Source of the DNA: Wickerhamiella versatilis
Lineage: Eukaryota
Assembly (NCBI GenBank): GCA_030867685.1
Contig: JAQOWU010000008.1
Location: 4,464,001 to 4,528,000 of the forward strand
Reading direction: 5' to 3'
DNA length: 64,000 nucleotides
The notes under the pieces: generated by a model
Seen by the model: only the letters and a program-made list of their open reading frames with translations
What the model was told of the DNA's origin: nothing
Database searches by the model: none
Shown: piece by piece, positions 44,339 through 54,589 of the stretch
Layout: each line of letters starts with the position of its first letter
How positions within the stretch are numbered: the stretch's first letter is position 1
Made by a program: the position numbers and the translations under genes

Positions 44339-44701
44339 AGACTGGTCGTATGATACAAGATATCCCTCTCGTATTTTTGGGAGTAATCTCGCTTCATAGG
44401 AGGAGCTATAGACATACCAAGTCAGTATTATTGACGACAATGCAAGTTACTATGTACTCGATAATAAATATTACATATGAAGGGACCTAAGAGACAATGG
44501 CGAACGATATCCAAGATTTGTGGTAACATCTTATTTAGGCATCGCTATCTGATATGCTGAAGTAATCCGTAATTAGGCCCTCGCTAAATTCTGAGAACCT
44601 CTTTGTTTGCCGCCGATGATTGAGTGGGCTATCTTGCATCATCCAACCAGCTGGACGTTACTGCACCGTTGGATTGTCCTTGGTACCTGAGACTGGTTGG
44701 A
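44339..44701. repeat. Cluster of three dispersed-repeat copies
   Basis: 44339-44366 (+, AGACTGGTCGTATGATACAAGATATCCC); 44624-44650 (-, CTGGTTGGATGATGCAAGATAGCCCAC); 44685-44701 (+, ACCTGAGACTGGTTGGA). Confidence 0.75.
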
Positions 44702-45791
44702 TCTTTTTTTTAAGTCTAAGCTTTAAGGTTTGTGTCACCTGAATTGCGAAGTTGCTGTTTCCAAAGAATAGACATGGGACCTATTTGTGCCCATTTCTTC
44801 TATGTAGAGACTAGTTGATGCTAATACTTGTCTAAGTACCTAAGATAAAAGATGTATAATTATGATGCTAATTTAACCATTGTATATACAGATCGTAATA
44901 GGACTGGATAATCCAACACAACTCAGACAAAAGCCACGTTCATTCCTTCTTATCGATCATAACGTCTGTGCAGGCATTGTGTAACTCACTTAAAGGTCAG
45001 GACTATCCATTTTTAATTTCGGATTGCTGACATACGGGTAGCACTTATCGCTTGATCACATAATTTATGCGAATTCCGAGATTCGCAGAACGATACAAGA
45101 TAGCCGCGTCTACAATTGCCTTTCCAACCATCCGGCGTCATATGGGGAGTCAGTAGGATATAGTCATGCCACTTCTGCCCCTTGCCCCCAAACTCCTCCT
45201 TTTTGCCTCCGGCTCTAGTATCACGGAGCTCCACTAAAATGGTCAAGCGCAAATGGTTCCGACGCCACGTCGTATACTCCAATTGAAATTTAAGGCAAAA
45301 TCACCTACAATTCTACCTTAAAATACCTCGCGCGATATAACGAAACCACTTATTCGAACATGTGCTCACATGACCAAGACATTACTAACAACAGCTCAGG
45401 CTTGACTAACCTGGCGAGCAGATGAAGAGCGGCCTGCCGGAGATTTGTCTTCCGACTGAAATATATAACTAGATTTATAATTCGATAAACTGTGCTTAGA
45501 AGAATTTCTATTTGTCTGTAGTGGATAAAAAAAAATCTACGGACAGAAAGCTCGAGAATTTGTAACCACATTTTAACATTTCTTTTTGACAGATGCAATG
45601 CCTTTCAGTCAGGATTCCTGGGTCCCATAGATATTTAGTTACGGCGATGATCGCGAGAAAATGCTGGTAACAAGCAGACCGACTTGTAATTGACAGAGTC
45701 GTCGTAAGATAGCCAGCCCATCCGTCTCAGTCACCTATTTAACTCTATCTACCTACCTATAAATAACACTATCAGCCAAAATGACACTTAG

Positions 45792-46694
45792 CTAGACGCG
45801 AAGTGTAAAGTGGGTGGCAAGAATAACAAATATATAAGAGGAGACCACGAGAAGAAGCGGCCTCCAGTATCTTGTTGTTTCTCCATCTCGATTTATACCG
45901 AGCCTGAGAATGGCCATATTGGTGAAAACCGAAGAGACTGATGGTAATAAGAATGGAAGTAACACGCCGAAATTGGTATTATCTGTGGATGCATTTGACA
46001 AACTAACAAGGGCAATTGTGCACATATTAATTAGAAAACCAACTGAGCAAAGTTTTTGAGGGCTGGGCAACGCAAATAATTTTTCGGGGAATTTTGCTTT
46101 GAGCAATGCCACCATCGCAGCGATCAACGCAACTGGAATATTTATAGCCCACCGTCTACCTTTATTCCCCCAAAGATACAAGAAATACCAAACCGCTGCC
46201 TGAATCGCCGACCAAACCACCGCAGTAAGAACGTTCCACCTCAATTGGTCTAGCCTCGTGTGATGGAATGTGGCCGATACGGCGCTAACGGCTGCCACAC
46301 CTATAGAGGCATAGGTGGTAAAAATGAAGCTATCTCGGTCCAAATGCAAAGAAATCACAGTCATACAAGACAAAAGGGAGAAACACGTCATATGAATACC
46401 AAACAACTTTCGATCGATTGCGAGGCCAAGTTCAATGGAAAATATATTAATTAGAGAGCCAGTGGCTAATAGTAGTACCCCTAAAGCGATCAAGAAATCG
46501 AGTGGTCGCGTAAAATGAAGAGGTCTCACAATCACAGCAACTAGCATAAAACGAGCATAAAGGGAGGCCACCAAAATCAGGTTCTGCTGCGATGGGGACT
46601 CCCACAGGGACCCCTTGTCATTTTGTGGTTCCTCGCCTCCTCCTAGCTCTGTTGCATCGGAACTTGCAGCCTTATCTTGCACAAACGAGAACAT
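45792..46694 (-). CDS. Orphan polytopic membrane protein
   Basis: First ATG 46694; about 300 aa with many hydrophobic segments; no family recognised. Confidence 0.6.
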   Translation of the reverse strand: MFSFVQDKAASSDATELGGGEEPQNDKGSLWESPSQQNLILVASLYARFMLVAVIVRPLHFTRPLDFLIALGVLLLATGSLINIFSIELGLAIDRKLFGIHMTCFSLLSCMTVISLHLDRDSFIFTTYASIGVAAVSAVSATFHHTRLDQLRWNVLTAVVWSAIQAAVWYFLYLWGNKGRRWAINIPVALIAAMVALLKAKFPEKLFALPSPQKLCSVGFLINMCTIALVSLSNASTDNTNFGVLLPFLLPSVSSVFTNMAILRLGINRDGETTRYWRPLLLVVSSYIFVILATHFTLRV

Positions 46695-46824
46695 GGCACA
46701 GAAACAGGTGTAAGTCAACAATGGAAACCACTAGTCTCTGAGATAGCCCACTTTCCTTCGTTTTCGGGGACTGGTTCAGCACTTCAGGAGTAAGAGTTGC
46801 TTACTTATCGATACTGGCCATCTC

Positions 46825-47604
46825 ATGGCATCACTCGCAGTGGGTGAGCTACCTCGAGACAATGCTATGGATGAAGAAAAGGGTGAAAGCCCTGGAAGAT
46901 CCAGTGGATCTATGTTGCCTTCCATGAGTAGAGGCTTTCCATGTCCTAGTCCTGAATGCGTCTTAATGATTTCCAGTGTACTTGTTTCGTTTTTCCTTGA
47001 CTCCAAAGGATGTAATCCATCTAATAACCGCACTTTAACCGTAGCCTTGACTGGAGTGCTTTCAATAGGCCTCATTCCTCTACTCTTCCTTAGTTTCAGA
47101 AATCGTAACTCCTCGGTGCTCGCATCCCTGGTTCTCATATGTTTCTCAGCGCATATTACCACTATATCCTTATGGATCTGCCATGAATTGCGCCTCTTTG
47201 TCGTCTATTCTTTCTTTTTCATGCTGAATATAGATCCTGGACTTCGCCATATTACTGAGTCCCTTTCGGAGAAATACTTTGGGGACTCGTGGAAGAGCAA
47301 TCTGCTTGATATCTTGACAACACCCATTCAAATGGGCGCTTTTTTCGTACCTATACTGCTAGCTCGTCCTTTCAAGGACATGTTCGACTGGAGTTCAATA
47401 TTTAGCAGCTGGTGGGTCTTTTCTACAGGCATTGTTTCGGGGACGATGTCAATAAGGCATGTGCTTGGTCAACGGAATGAAAAGCAAATTCAGTTTTTTG
47501 AATTATGGAAAATTGCTTTTACGTTTTATATATTTTTCACAGTGAACATCTTCATGTCTAAGAATACAAGAAAGCCCACTTACTACGTGAAGATAAACTA
47601 CTGA
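46825..47604 (+). CDS. Orphan polytopic membrane protein
   Basis: 259-aa ORF with several hydrophobic segments; no family recognised. Confidence 0.55.
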   Translation: MASLAVGELPRDNAMDEEKGESPGRSSGSMLPSMSRGFPCPSPECVLMISSVLVSFFLDSKGCNPSNNRTLTVALTGVLSIGLIPLLFLSFRNRNSSVLASLVLICFSAHITTISLWICHELRLFVVYSFFFMLNIDPGLRHITESLSEKYFGDSWKSNLLDILTTPIQMGAFFVPILLARPFKDMFDWSSIFSSWWVFSTGIVSGTMSIRHVLGQRNEKQIQFFELWKIAFTFYIFFTVNIFMSKNTRKPTYYVKINY

Positions 47605-47630
47605 GCTGGTTGGATAACGCAATATAGCCC
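47601..47630 (+). repeat. Dispersed repeat copy overlapping a stop codon
   Basis: CTGAGCTGGTTGGATAACGCAATATAGCCC; its TGA (47602-47604) ends the upstream ORF. Confidence 0.7.
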
Positions 47631-48338
47631 TTCTTGTAACGTCCGACGTTAAAAACCCTGTTTCAAGAGGAACGGGCTCGGATCGGCTCGGTTTTCTTTG
47701 CCATTTTTAGTAGATATCTGTATGACTGATCCAACTGAAATGCAAATCTTTACTCCATGAGGAAAGTCACGGGCAAAACCGAGAAGTACCGATGAAGATG
47801 AATAGACCTTGTGGGGTACCTTTCTCGGGACCATAATTTCATTCTCAGCTTGATTCTTTTTTTTTATTTTAATATGATGACTCTCTCTCAGATAGATAAG
47901 ACTCCATCATTATTGCCAAACTCGGTATAATGGGCTTACCTAACCCAACCAGAGCCTGCAACAACATTTGTCCTACAAAGTATAGGTCTACATGAGTCTT
48001 TCTAGATTATAATACTCTCAAAACCTTCATTAAACCTGCGTGGAAAATCGCAAATGAGATACCAACCAGTTGCTGGCGAGTGAAGTTTATTTTTACTACA
48101 TGTCTCAGTTAAAAAAATTGCAAATATTAAAACCGAAGCTTAAATAGCACTGAGCATACACATATTGCAAGTATCTCGATTGACTTAACTCCCACATAAG
48201 ACAAGGCGCTGATCAATGGCGTTGAGAGTGTATTGCTGTATGTAGGTTTAGCAAAATATAATATATTACAGTTATAATGTGTAATATGCTGTAAACAAGT
48301 TATAAATTCTCATTATTCTGGATTAAGTATGCATTGAA

Positions 48339-50747
48339 ATGCTGCTTTTATCGCTAGCTATCACTGGTTTGGTATGTTGTCAGGTGCAAAATATCACCTG
48401 GCCTAATCAGACCAACGATATCCACGCAGAACTAGCTTACCTGCACAATTTGGAATACGTTGGCCTGAATGTTGCCAACCATCCCTATGAGCCGGTACCT
48501 GTTGGGTTTGAGTCGCCACGAATCAAGAATCCCCATCCTAAGGCTGTATCCTTCCTCAATGGGCTATCGCTCGAGGAAAAAATTCAGATGGTGACTGGTA
48601 CTAGTCACGCAGCTTGCTCTGGAGAAATTTCTCTTGGAAATCAATCTGATTTTAGATTTTGCGCCCAGGATGGACCCGCAGGCCCACGAGCCGTACGTGG
48701 CACTAGTGGCTTCTGCCCTGAATTGACCTTAGCAGCAACGTGGGACAGGGAACTAGTAAAGCAGCATTCAGAAGCCATGGCAGACGAAAACAGAGGGAAA
48801 GGTATTCATTTGATGTTGGGTCCAGTTAGTGGTGGGCCACAGGGCCGTTCTGCCTATAATGGACGCCTTTTTGAGAATTACGGAAGTGATCCAGTACTCA
48901 CAGGAGAACTCACCAAGGTAGCCGTGAGTGCTATTCAGTCGAGAGGTGTACAGACGAGCGCAAAGCACTTTATTGCATATGAACAGGAAACTTTCCGTCA
49001 CCCTGGTGCATTTGCACCCTCAAGTTTAGACTTCCCATGGTCTTATTTACCGTTCCCCGCAGGAACCCAATTCCAGATTGACAGCATCGTTGGAGATAGA
49101 GCTGTTCACGAAGTATATACATGGGCATTTGCTGACGCCATACGCGGAGGTACCTCTGCAGTGATGTGCGGCTACAACCGTATCAATGGTACACAAGCCT
49201 GTCAAAACTCCCATACCCTATCCAAGATTTTGAAGACTGAGCTTGACTTCCAGGGATACGTGATAAGTGATTGGTTTGCAGTTGAGAGAACTAAGGATTC
49301 TATTCTAGCAGGACTAGATATGGATCAACCTGGGAACGATCCTTCTGCTATTGAAGGGGAACTTTGGGGGGACAACCTGCTTAAAATGGTTAAAAACGGG
49401 ACTGTTCCCGAGAATAGAATTGATGATGCGATCCTTCGAATCTTAACACCGTATTACAGCCTGGGCCAGGATGAAGGTTATCCACCTGTTTCTTTCAACA
49501 GCTCTACTTACGACCGGCAGTTGAATCCTTACATTAGCGTAAGGGGAGATCATCGGAATATTATAAGGGATGTCGCGACCGATGCGACAGTCCTTCTGAA
49601 AAATAGCGGGGCACTTCCCCTGAGGAATGACTCTTCTTTAGGCCTATTTGGCACAGATGCTGGACCTTCTCCGTATGGGCCTAACTGTGGTATGCTTGAT
49701 CAGTGTCCAATTGGCTCCAAAAACAATGGAACGGTAACCTCCGGTGGTGGATCTGGTGCCTCCACCAGTGAGTATGTCATAACTCCATTGGATGCTATAA
49801 CACGAAGAGTTATAGAACATGGTGGCGGTGTAGCATTCGACCTCGATGACTACGGTTACGCTAGCCCTCCAAATTCATTCGGTTACAGTAATTTCAATGC
49901 CACTATGGAAAGCTTGGACACCGCAATTGTATTTGTATCGCTCCAATCGCGGGAGGGTCTCGATCTATCCACCATGGATCTAGCCAACGGGGGCAACGAA
50001 CTGGTTAAGCAGGTGGCCTCGAAATGTAATAACACTATCGTGGTGATACACGCGACGAATCCAGTGGTTATTTCGGAATGGATAGACCATCCTAACGTGA
50101 CAGCTGTGTTGAACGCTTTTGTGCCAGGTGAGCAGTCAGGCAACTCTTTGGTCCCCGTCCTCTTTGGTGACGTCTCGCCCTCCGGAAAGCTACCATTCAC
50201 AATGGCAAAGAATGAATCAGACTACATAAAGCCACTCATGGAGCCTAAAATCGACCCTACTGTTCGTTTTGACGACGAGCTTCTGGTCGACTACCGAAGA
50301 TTCGACGATATGGACATTGAACCGCTGTTCCCGTTTGGATTTGGAATGAGTTATACGAATTTTGATTACAGCAATTTCATGTTCCACAGTAACATTAGTA
50401 GCGGTTGGCATTTTTCGAACACCAGTACCAACCAGCTATATGATGTTGTGGGAACTGCCGAGGTCACTGTTACAAACTCCGGTAATGTTACAGGTAGTGA
50501 AGTTGTTCAGATCTATTTAAGCTATCCAGACTCGGCTGGAGAGCCACCAAAGGTCCTTCGCGGATTTGAAAAGCTCAGAAATATAAAACCAGGCCAGAAT
50601 AAGACGGCCAAAATACCCCTTACCAGAAAGAGTTTCTCTATCTGGGATGTAAGTGCGCAGAGCTGGACGGTTCCAAGTGGTTCATATATTGTATCTGCAG
50701 CAGCCCACTCTCGTGACTTGAGACTAAATCAAACCCTGACTATCTAA
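48339..50747 (+). CDS. Secreted GH3 beta-glucosidase
   Basis: Signal peptide, QDGPAG.R, AKHFIAYEQE, VMCGYNRING, nucleophile VISDW, PSGKLPFT, FGFGMSYT, fibronectin-III-like tail. Confidence 0.95.
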   Translation: MLLLSLAITGLVCCQVQNITWPNQTNDIHAELAYLHNLEYVGLNVANHPYEPVPVGFESPRIKNPHPKAVSFLNGLSLEEKIQMVTGTSHAACSGEISLGNQSDFRFCAQDGPAGPRAVRGTSGFCPELTLAATWDRELVKQHSEAMADENRGKGIHLMLGPVSGGPQGRSAYNGRLFENYGSDPVLTGELTKVAVSAIQSRGVQTSAKHFIAYEQETFRHPGAFAPSSLDFPWSYLPFPAGTQFQIDSIVGDRAVHEVYTWAFADAIRGGTSAVMCGYNRINGTQACQNSHTLSKILKTELDFQGYVISDWFAVERTKDSILAGLDMDQPGNDPSAIEGELWGDNLLKMVKNGTVPENRIDDAILRILTPYYSLGQDEGYPPVSFNSSTYDRQLNPYISVRGDHRNIIRDVATDATVLLKNSGALPLRNDSSLGLFGTDAGPSPYGPNCGMLDQCPIGSKNNGTVTSGGGSGASTSEYVITPLDAITRRVIEHGGGVAFDLDDYGYASPPNSFGYSNFNATMESLDTAIVFVSLQSREGLDLSTMDLANGGNELVKQVASKCNNTIVVIHATNPVVISEWIDHPNVTAVLNAFVPGEQSGNSLVPVLFGDVSPSGKLPFTMAKNESDYIKPLMEPKIDPTVRFDDELLVDYRRFDDMDIEPLFPFGFGMSYTNFDYSNFMFHSNISSGWHFSNTSTNQLYDVVGTAEVTVTNSGNVTGSEVVQIYLSYPDSAGEPPKVLRGFEKLRNIKPGQNKTAKIPLTRKSFSIWDVSAQSWTVPSGSYIVSAAAHSRDLRLNQTLTI

Positions 50748-50906
50748 ATCTGGTTGTAAAATGCATAAATCGTGATAAACATCTGAATTGCCGGAGAATA
50801 ATAGCATTGCTTCTCCTTGAATTTTTTTTTATGATCACATATGGAATCTGCACGTGAATCACAGTAGACTTTTATTTGTCATCACTTTGTTACTACTATC
50901 TGCGTG

Positions 50907-51788
50907 ATGCCAGATCCAAGCATCATCTCGAGGCTTGCCACTGCAAGAAAGAAGACGGGCAACTACATCGATGTTATGTTCTCTGGCATGATGGATAACC
51001 TTGACGTGCGTCTGCCTTCCTGTACTGCTACCCTAAAAACGTACCCCCCAATACTTCTTGTTATGCTGTGGTCTCTATTTTCCTTTATAAGCGGATTACT
51101 CTGTAAAATACTACTACATCAATTGCTAGATGCCGGTAGTGATAATGAGAGAAGCGGTGTTTGGTGGGAATTCATATTTGGACTCTTAGATAAACTCGAG
51201 CTGTTTTTTTGGTCAAGTACATTTGCTCTAGGGTTTGTCTTTGTCGTTTGGATTATTACAGGCCCTAGTAGGCGTTTGTTCTTTTTCTCATGTATTGGAA
51301 TGCTCATTAGTTGTGCTATTGCACAGATACTTATTCCGTTTATCTTGTGGGCAATGAGCCATGTTCTGTTATTGAGATATCTAGGTGGGGCAGTTTCGGA
51401 AAGTTATAAAGAGGTGGTCAATGAGCTGGCTAAATATCACCCCGCTAAATTCTTGGTCTTTTCTATCCTGATATCTGCAGCTATGGGGACTGGTGCCTTC
51501 AAGTGTGCATCGCTAAGACTGCAGATATTACGCAGAAACAATTCTGATTCTGAGGCAAAGGGAGAATCTGAGGTGAACTTTAAAGATTTCACGTTGCAAC
51601 TTCTGACCTCATTGGTCCTTTACCTCTTTGCAACTGGGTTTACCAGTATCTTTTTTTTGACGGGTGTGGCCTTCCACATCAGGCGAGAAATCATCTTTTC
51701 TAGCTTTCTAACCACGCAGATTTTTATAGTTCTGTTTACTACCAGTCTTTTTCTTCGAAATATTCTCTCCAAAGGTGATGAGGCTTGA
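50907..51788 (+). CDS. Orphan polytopic membrane protein
   Basis: First ATG 50907; about 293 aa with multiple TM-like segments; no family recognised. Confidence 0.6.
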   Translation: MPDPSIISRLATARKKTGNYIDVMFSGMMDNLDVRLPSCTATLKTYPPILLVMLWSLFSFISGLLCKILLHQLLDAGSDNERSGVWWEFIFGLLDKLELFFWSSTFALGFVFVVWIITGPSRRLFFFSCIGMLISCAIAQILIPFILWAMSHVLLLRYLGGAVSESYKEVVNELAKYHPAKFLVFSILISAAMGTGAFKCASLRLQILRRNNSDSEAKGESEVNFKDFTLQLLTSLVLYLFATGFTSIFFLTGVAFHIRREIIFSSFLTTQIFIVLFTTSLFLRNILSKGDEA

Positions 51789-52023
51789 CCCGTTGAATAG
51801 ATAGGGGCATTGCAAGATAAGGTCGATATACCGCAGATTAGCCGGTTTTTGGGTACTAACTGGTTAATATGGCTTCAGGCTATATATATATATAAAGCAG
51901 TTGTTTATTTTAATAATTTAAGAGAAATTTTAATATGAGAGCAACCTGCATACCCTGCTGATTTCTTTGGCTAAATTAGAAATATTCGTGTTACTAATTT
52001 CTTTATCTTTCCCCAACTTCGTC

Positions 52024-52734
52024 ATGAGCACACCGGGTACGGTTCTCCTAGTTGGTGCTTCACGGGGGTTGGGATATGCGATGGCAGAAGAATTTTTGAA
52101 GAAAGGCTGGTCGGTTATTGGAACAGTGCGGGATAACCATGGGGCTCCAACGTCGCTGCATGGGCTGGCGGATAAATATTCTGGCAGGCTAACTATAGAG
52201 GTCCTTGATATTTGTAAAGAGGATCAGCTTGATTCCCTCCACAACAGAATTGGTGGACAAAGGCTTGACATCCTTTTTGTGAATGCTGGCAGTACCAACC
52301 CAGATCCAAATCAGACAATTGGAGAGGTTTCCACAAATGATTTTACGGATCTTATGATAACGAACGCCCTGAGTCCAATGCGTGTGCTGGAAAAGTTCGA
52401 ACACTGTGTTCCAGCAGGAGCAGGTGGATTGATAGGTGCAATGTCCTCAGGACAAGGCAGTATAGCTAACAACGTAGCTGGGGAGCGTGAACTATATAGA
52501 GGAACCAAGGCAGCGCTCAATATGTTTATGCGGAGCTTTGCGGCCCGTAAAGAACATATAAAGCGTTCTATACTTGTAATGGCCCCAGGATGGGTTCGCA
52601 CAGAATTAGGAGGTCCTAACGCAAGATTTTCCATCGAAGAAACCATTCCAAGTCTTGTTAACGTTATTCTTTCAAATAGGGGTCATCCTGGGATACGCTT
52701 TCTGGATTATAAGGGGGATGAAGTACCCTGGTAA
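52024..52734 (+). CDS. Short-chain dehydrogenase/reductase, C-factor (CsgA)-like, bacterial type
   Basis: Start moved to ATG 52024; GASRGLG, LFVNAG, MSSGQGS, YRGTK, APGWVRTELGG, FLDYKG..VPW. Confidence 0.9.
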   Translation: MSTPGTVLLVGASRGLGYAMAEEFLKKGWSVIGTVRDNHGAPTSLHGLADKYSGRLTIEVLDICKEDQLDSLHNRIGGQRLDILFVNAGSTNPDPNQTIGEVSTNDFTDLMITNALSPMRVLEKFEHCVPAGAGGLIGAMSSGQGSIANNVAGERELYRGTKAALNMFMRSFAARKEHIKRSILVMAPGWVRTELGGPNARFSIEETIPSLVNVILSNRGHPGIRFLDYKGDEVPW

Positions 52735-53296
52735 TCTACTAAGTAATTTTTCAAGCCATGCTAAGGTAGTTTATTTATTATGTTCCCATATATAATACCA
52801 TTGTGAAAAGCGAATATAGAAGTGGGATCCCTCACATAGTGTGGAGAAGACCCAACAAACTGTCTCACTTAGAGCCATACGAGAAGCAGGGTATTCAATA
52901 AAATCCTCCGTAAGACTGCCTGAAATACGACCCCCAGCATCCAATCAATTTTAACTTCTACAGATATATATGGCCAGTTTAGTACAGATTTGTCCTTTAT
53001 CTGTGTCAAACACTATCGGCATGCATAAAACTACCACCTTCAGTCGCATATCGTGCAATGGAGCAATTCGAAAAGTGGATTCTTAAAGGATCTCAATAAA
53101 TACATTCTTTTAGTTAAACTACATAAATATTACATTTATAACGTTTACTAGATTCGATTAACGCATAGGGGTATTTACGTCCACCATTAGTCGCCGAAGC
53201 TTGTTTTTTATTACTCATAAATTCCGAAATTCATACATAGCTGGAAGCTATTGTTCACTAAACGGCAAATCCGGCAACGAATAATACCTATATCTG

Positions 53297-54214
53297 ATGG
53301 TACATTATACAGATCAAGATGTATCCCAATCTATCTATGGATATGTACCCAACTTTGCCGCTAATATGGTTGGTCTCGTACTATTTGCTGTTCTACTCGC
53401 ATACCACATCTTTTTCGGCTTATGGTATCGCCAGTGGTGGTTTGGCATAACTTGGGTTTGCACTATGGTCCTTGAAGTCCTAGGATATATCGGACGCGTG
53501 GTTGGTCACTCGAATATTGAAAACGAACCTATGTATGAAATGCAACTTGTGTGCCTTATAATAGGCCCCATTTTCATGACTGCTGGCATATATTATCTCC
53601 TAGGAAAGTACATTCAGGTTTATGGGACTCAGTATAGCCCACTGAGACCTATGGACTATTGTGCAGTATTTATCACCTCAGATATCGTATCCCTAATAGT
53701 TCAAGCTGCAGGTGGAGGAACGGCCGCTACTAGAAAGCATTATCCTGTCGATTTAGTTACAAGAGGGGGATGGGTTATGTTTGCTGGTATCTTTGTGCAA
53801 GTGATATCTCTGACAGTCTTCGCAATATTACTCGTTCACGTTGTGTGGCAAATCAGACGTGAGCAAGATGAATCCAACTATGATCAAAGATTTCGTCATG
53901 TGAGAAATCGAAAACTATTCAAGTATCTTATTCCATGTATGCTCATCTCGGTGCTGTTTGTTTGGATTCGGTCCGTCTATCGTCTCGTTGAGTTGGGAGA
54001 GGGCTGGAATGGAAGACTCATGACTACAGAAAGATATGTGCTTGTTTTAGATGGACTTATGATTTTGCTGGGATGCATTCCTTTTGTACTTCACCCGGGT
54101 ATGATGCTTGGGAAGGAAGAAATTCCTGTGGAGGGACTCCATACTAAACCGGGTCATACAATTGATGAAAAGTTTCAAGATATCCCAGAAGAAGACTATA
54201 TGATTCAAGGGTAA
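53297..54214 (+). CDS. RTA1/RSB1-family 7-TM lipid-translocating exporter
   Basis: YGYVP, LEVLGYIGR, GP.FMTAGIY, D.VSL.VQAAGGG, IRSVYRLVE..GW.G, LDG.M, HPG. Confidence 0.92.
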   Translation: MVHYTDQDVSQSIYGYVPNFAANMVGLVLFAVLLAYHIFFGLWYRQWWFGITWVCTMVLEVLGYIGRVVGHSNIENEPMYEMQLVCLIIGPIFMTAGIYYLLGKYIQVYGTQYSPLRPMDYCAVFITSDIVSLIVQAAGGGTAATRKHYPVDLVTRGGWVMFAGIFVQVISLTVFAILLVHVVWQIRREQDESNYDQRFRHVRNRKLFKYLIPCMLISVLFVWIRSVYRLVELGEGWNGRLMTTERYVLVLDGLMILLGCIPFVLHPGMMLGKEEIPVEGLHTKPGHTIDEKFQDIPEEDYMIQG

Positions 54215-54589
54215 CCAATCAGTAGTCGTTTGTTAATATTATTTATGTGTAGCTGGTCAATTGAAGCATTGATTATTTTCATATACTTTGAGCTCCCTAT
54301 TCTTTATAACTGGGAGGGAGTTCAAGGTTGATGACTTTACCGCGGGTCTATACTAATATGATAGATAGATAGGTCATGATCAGCGGTAGTTTTAGTAATG
54401 GTGTCTCAAATATCGGGTAGACGCGAGATGAACAAAATTACATATATGTCACAAATTAGAGGATGAGTGATCTGAAATATAGAAGATTAATTTCATGAAA
54501 AGCCGGCCTCAACGTCTCAACCTACGCTAACGCTTGTGTTCCTTAATGGCATAGCCGGTGGTGCCCTTTCTTGCCGTCACAGATTACAA

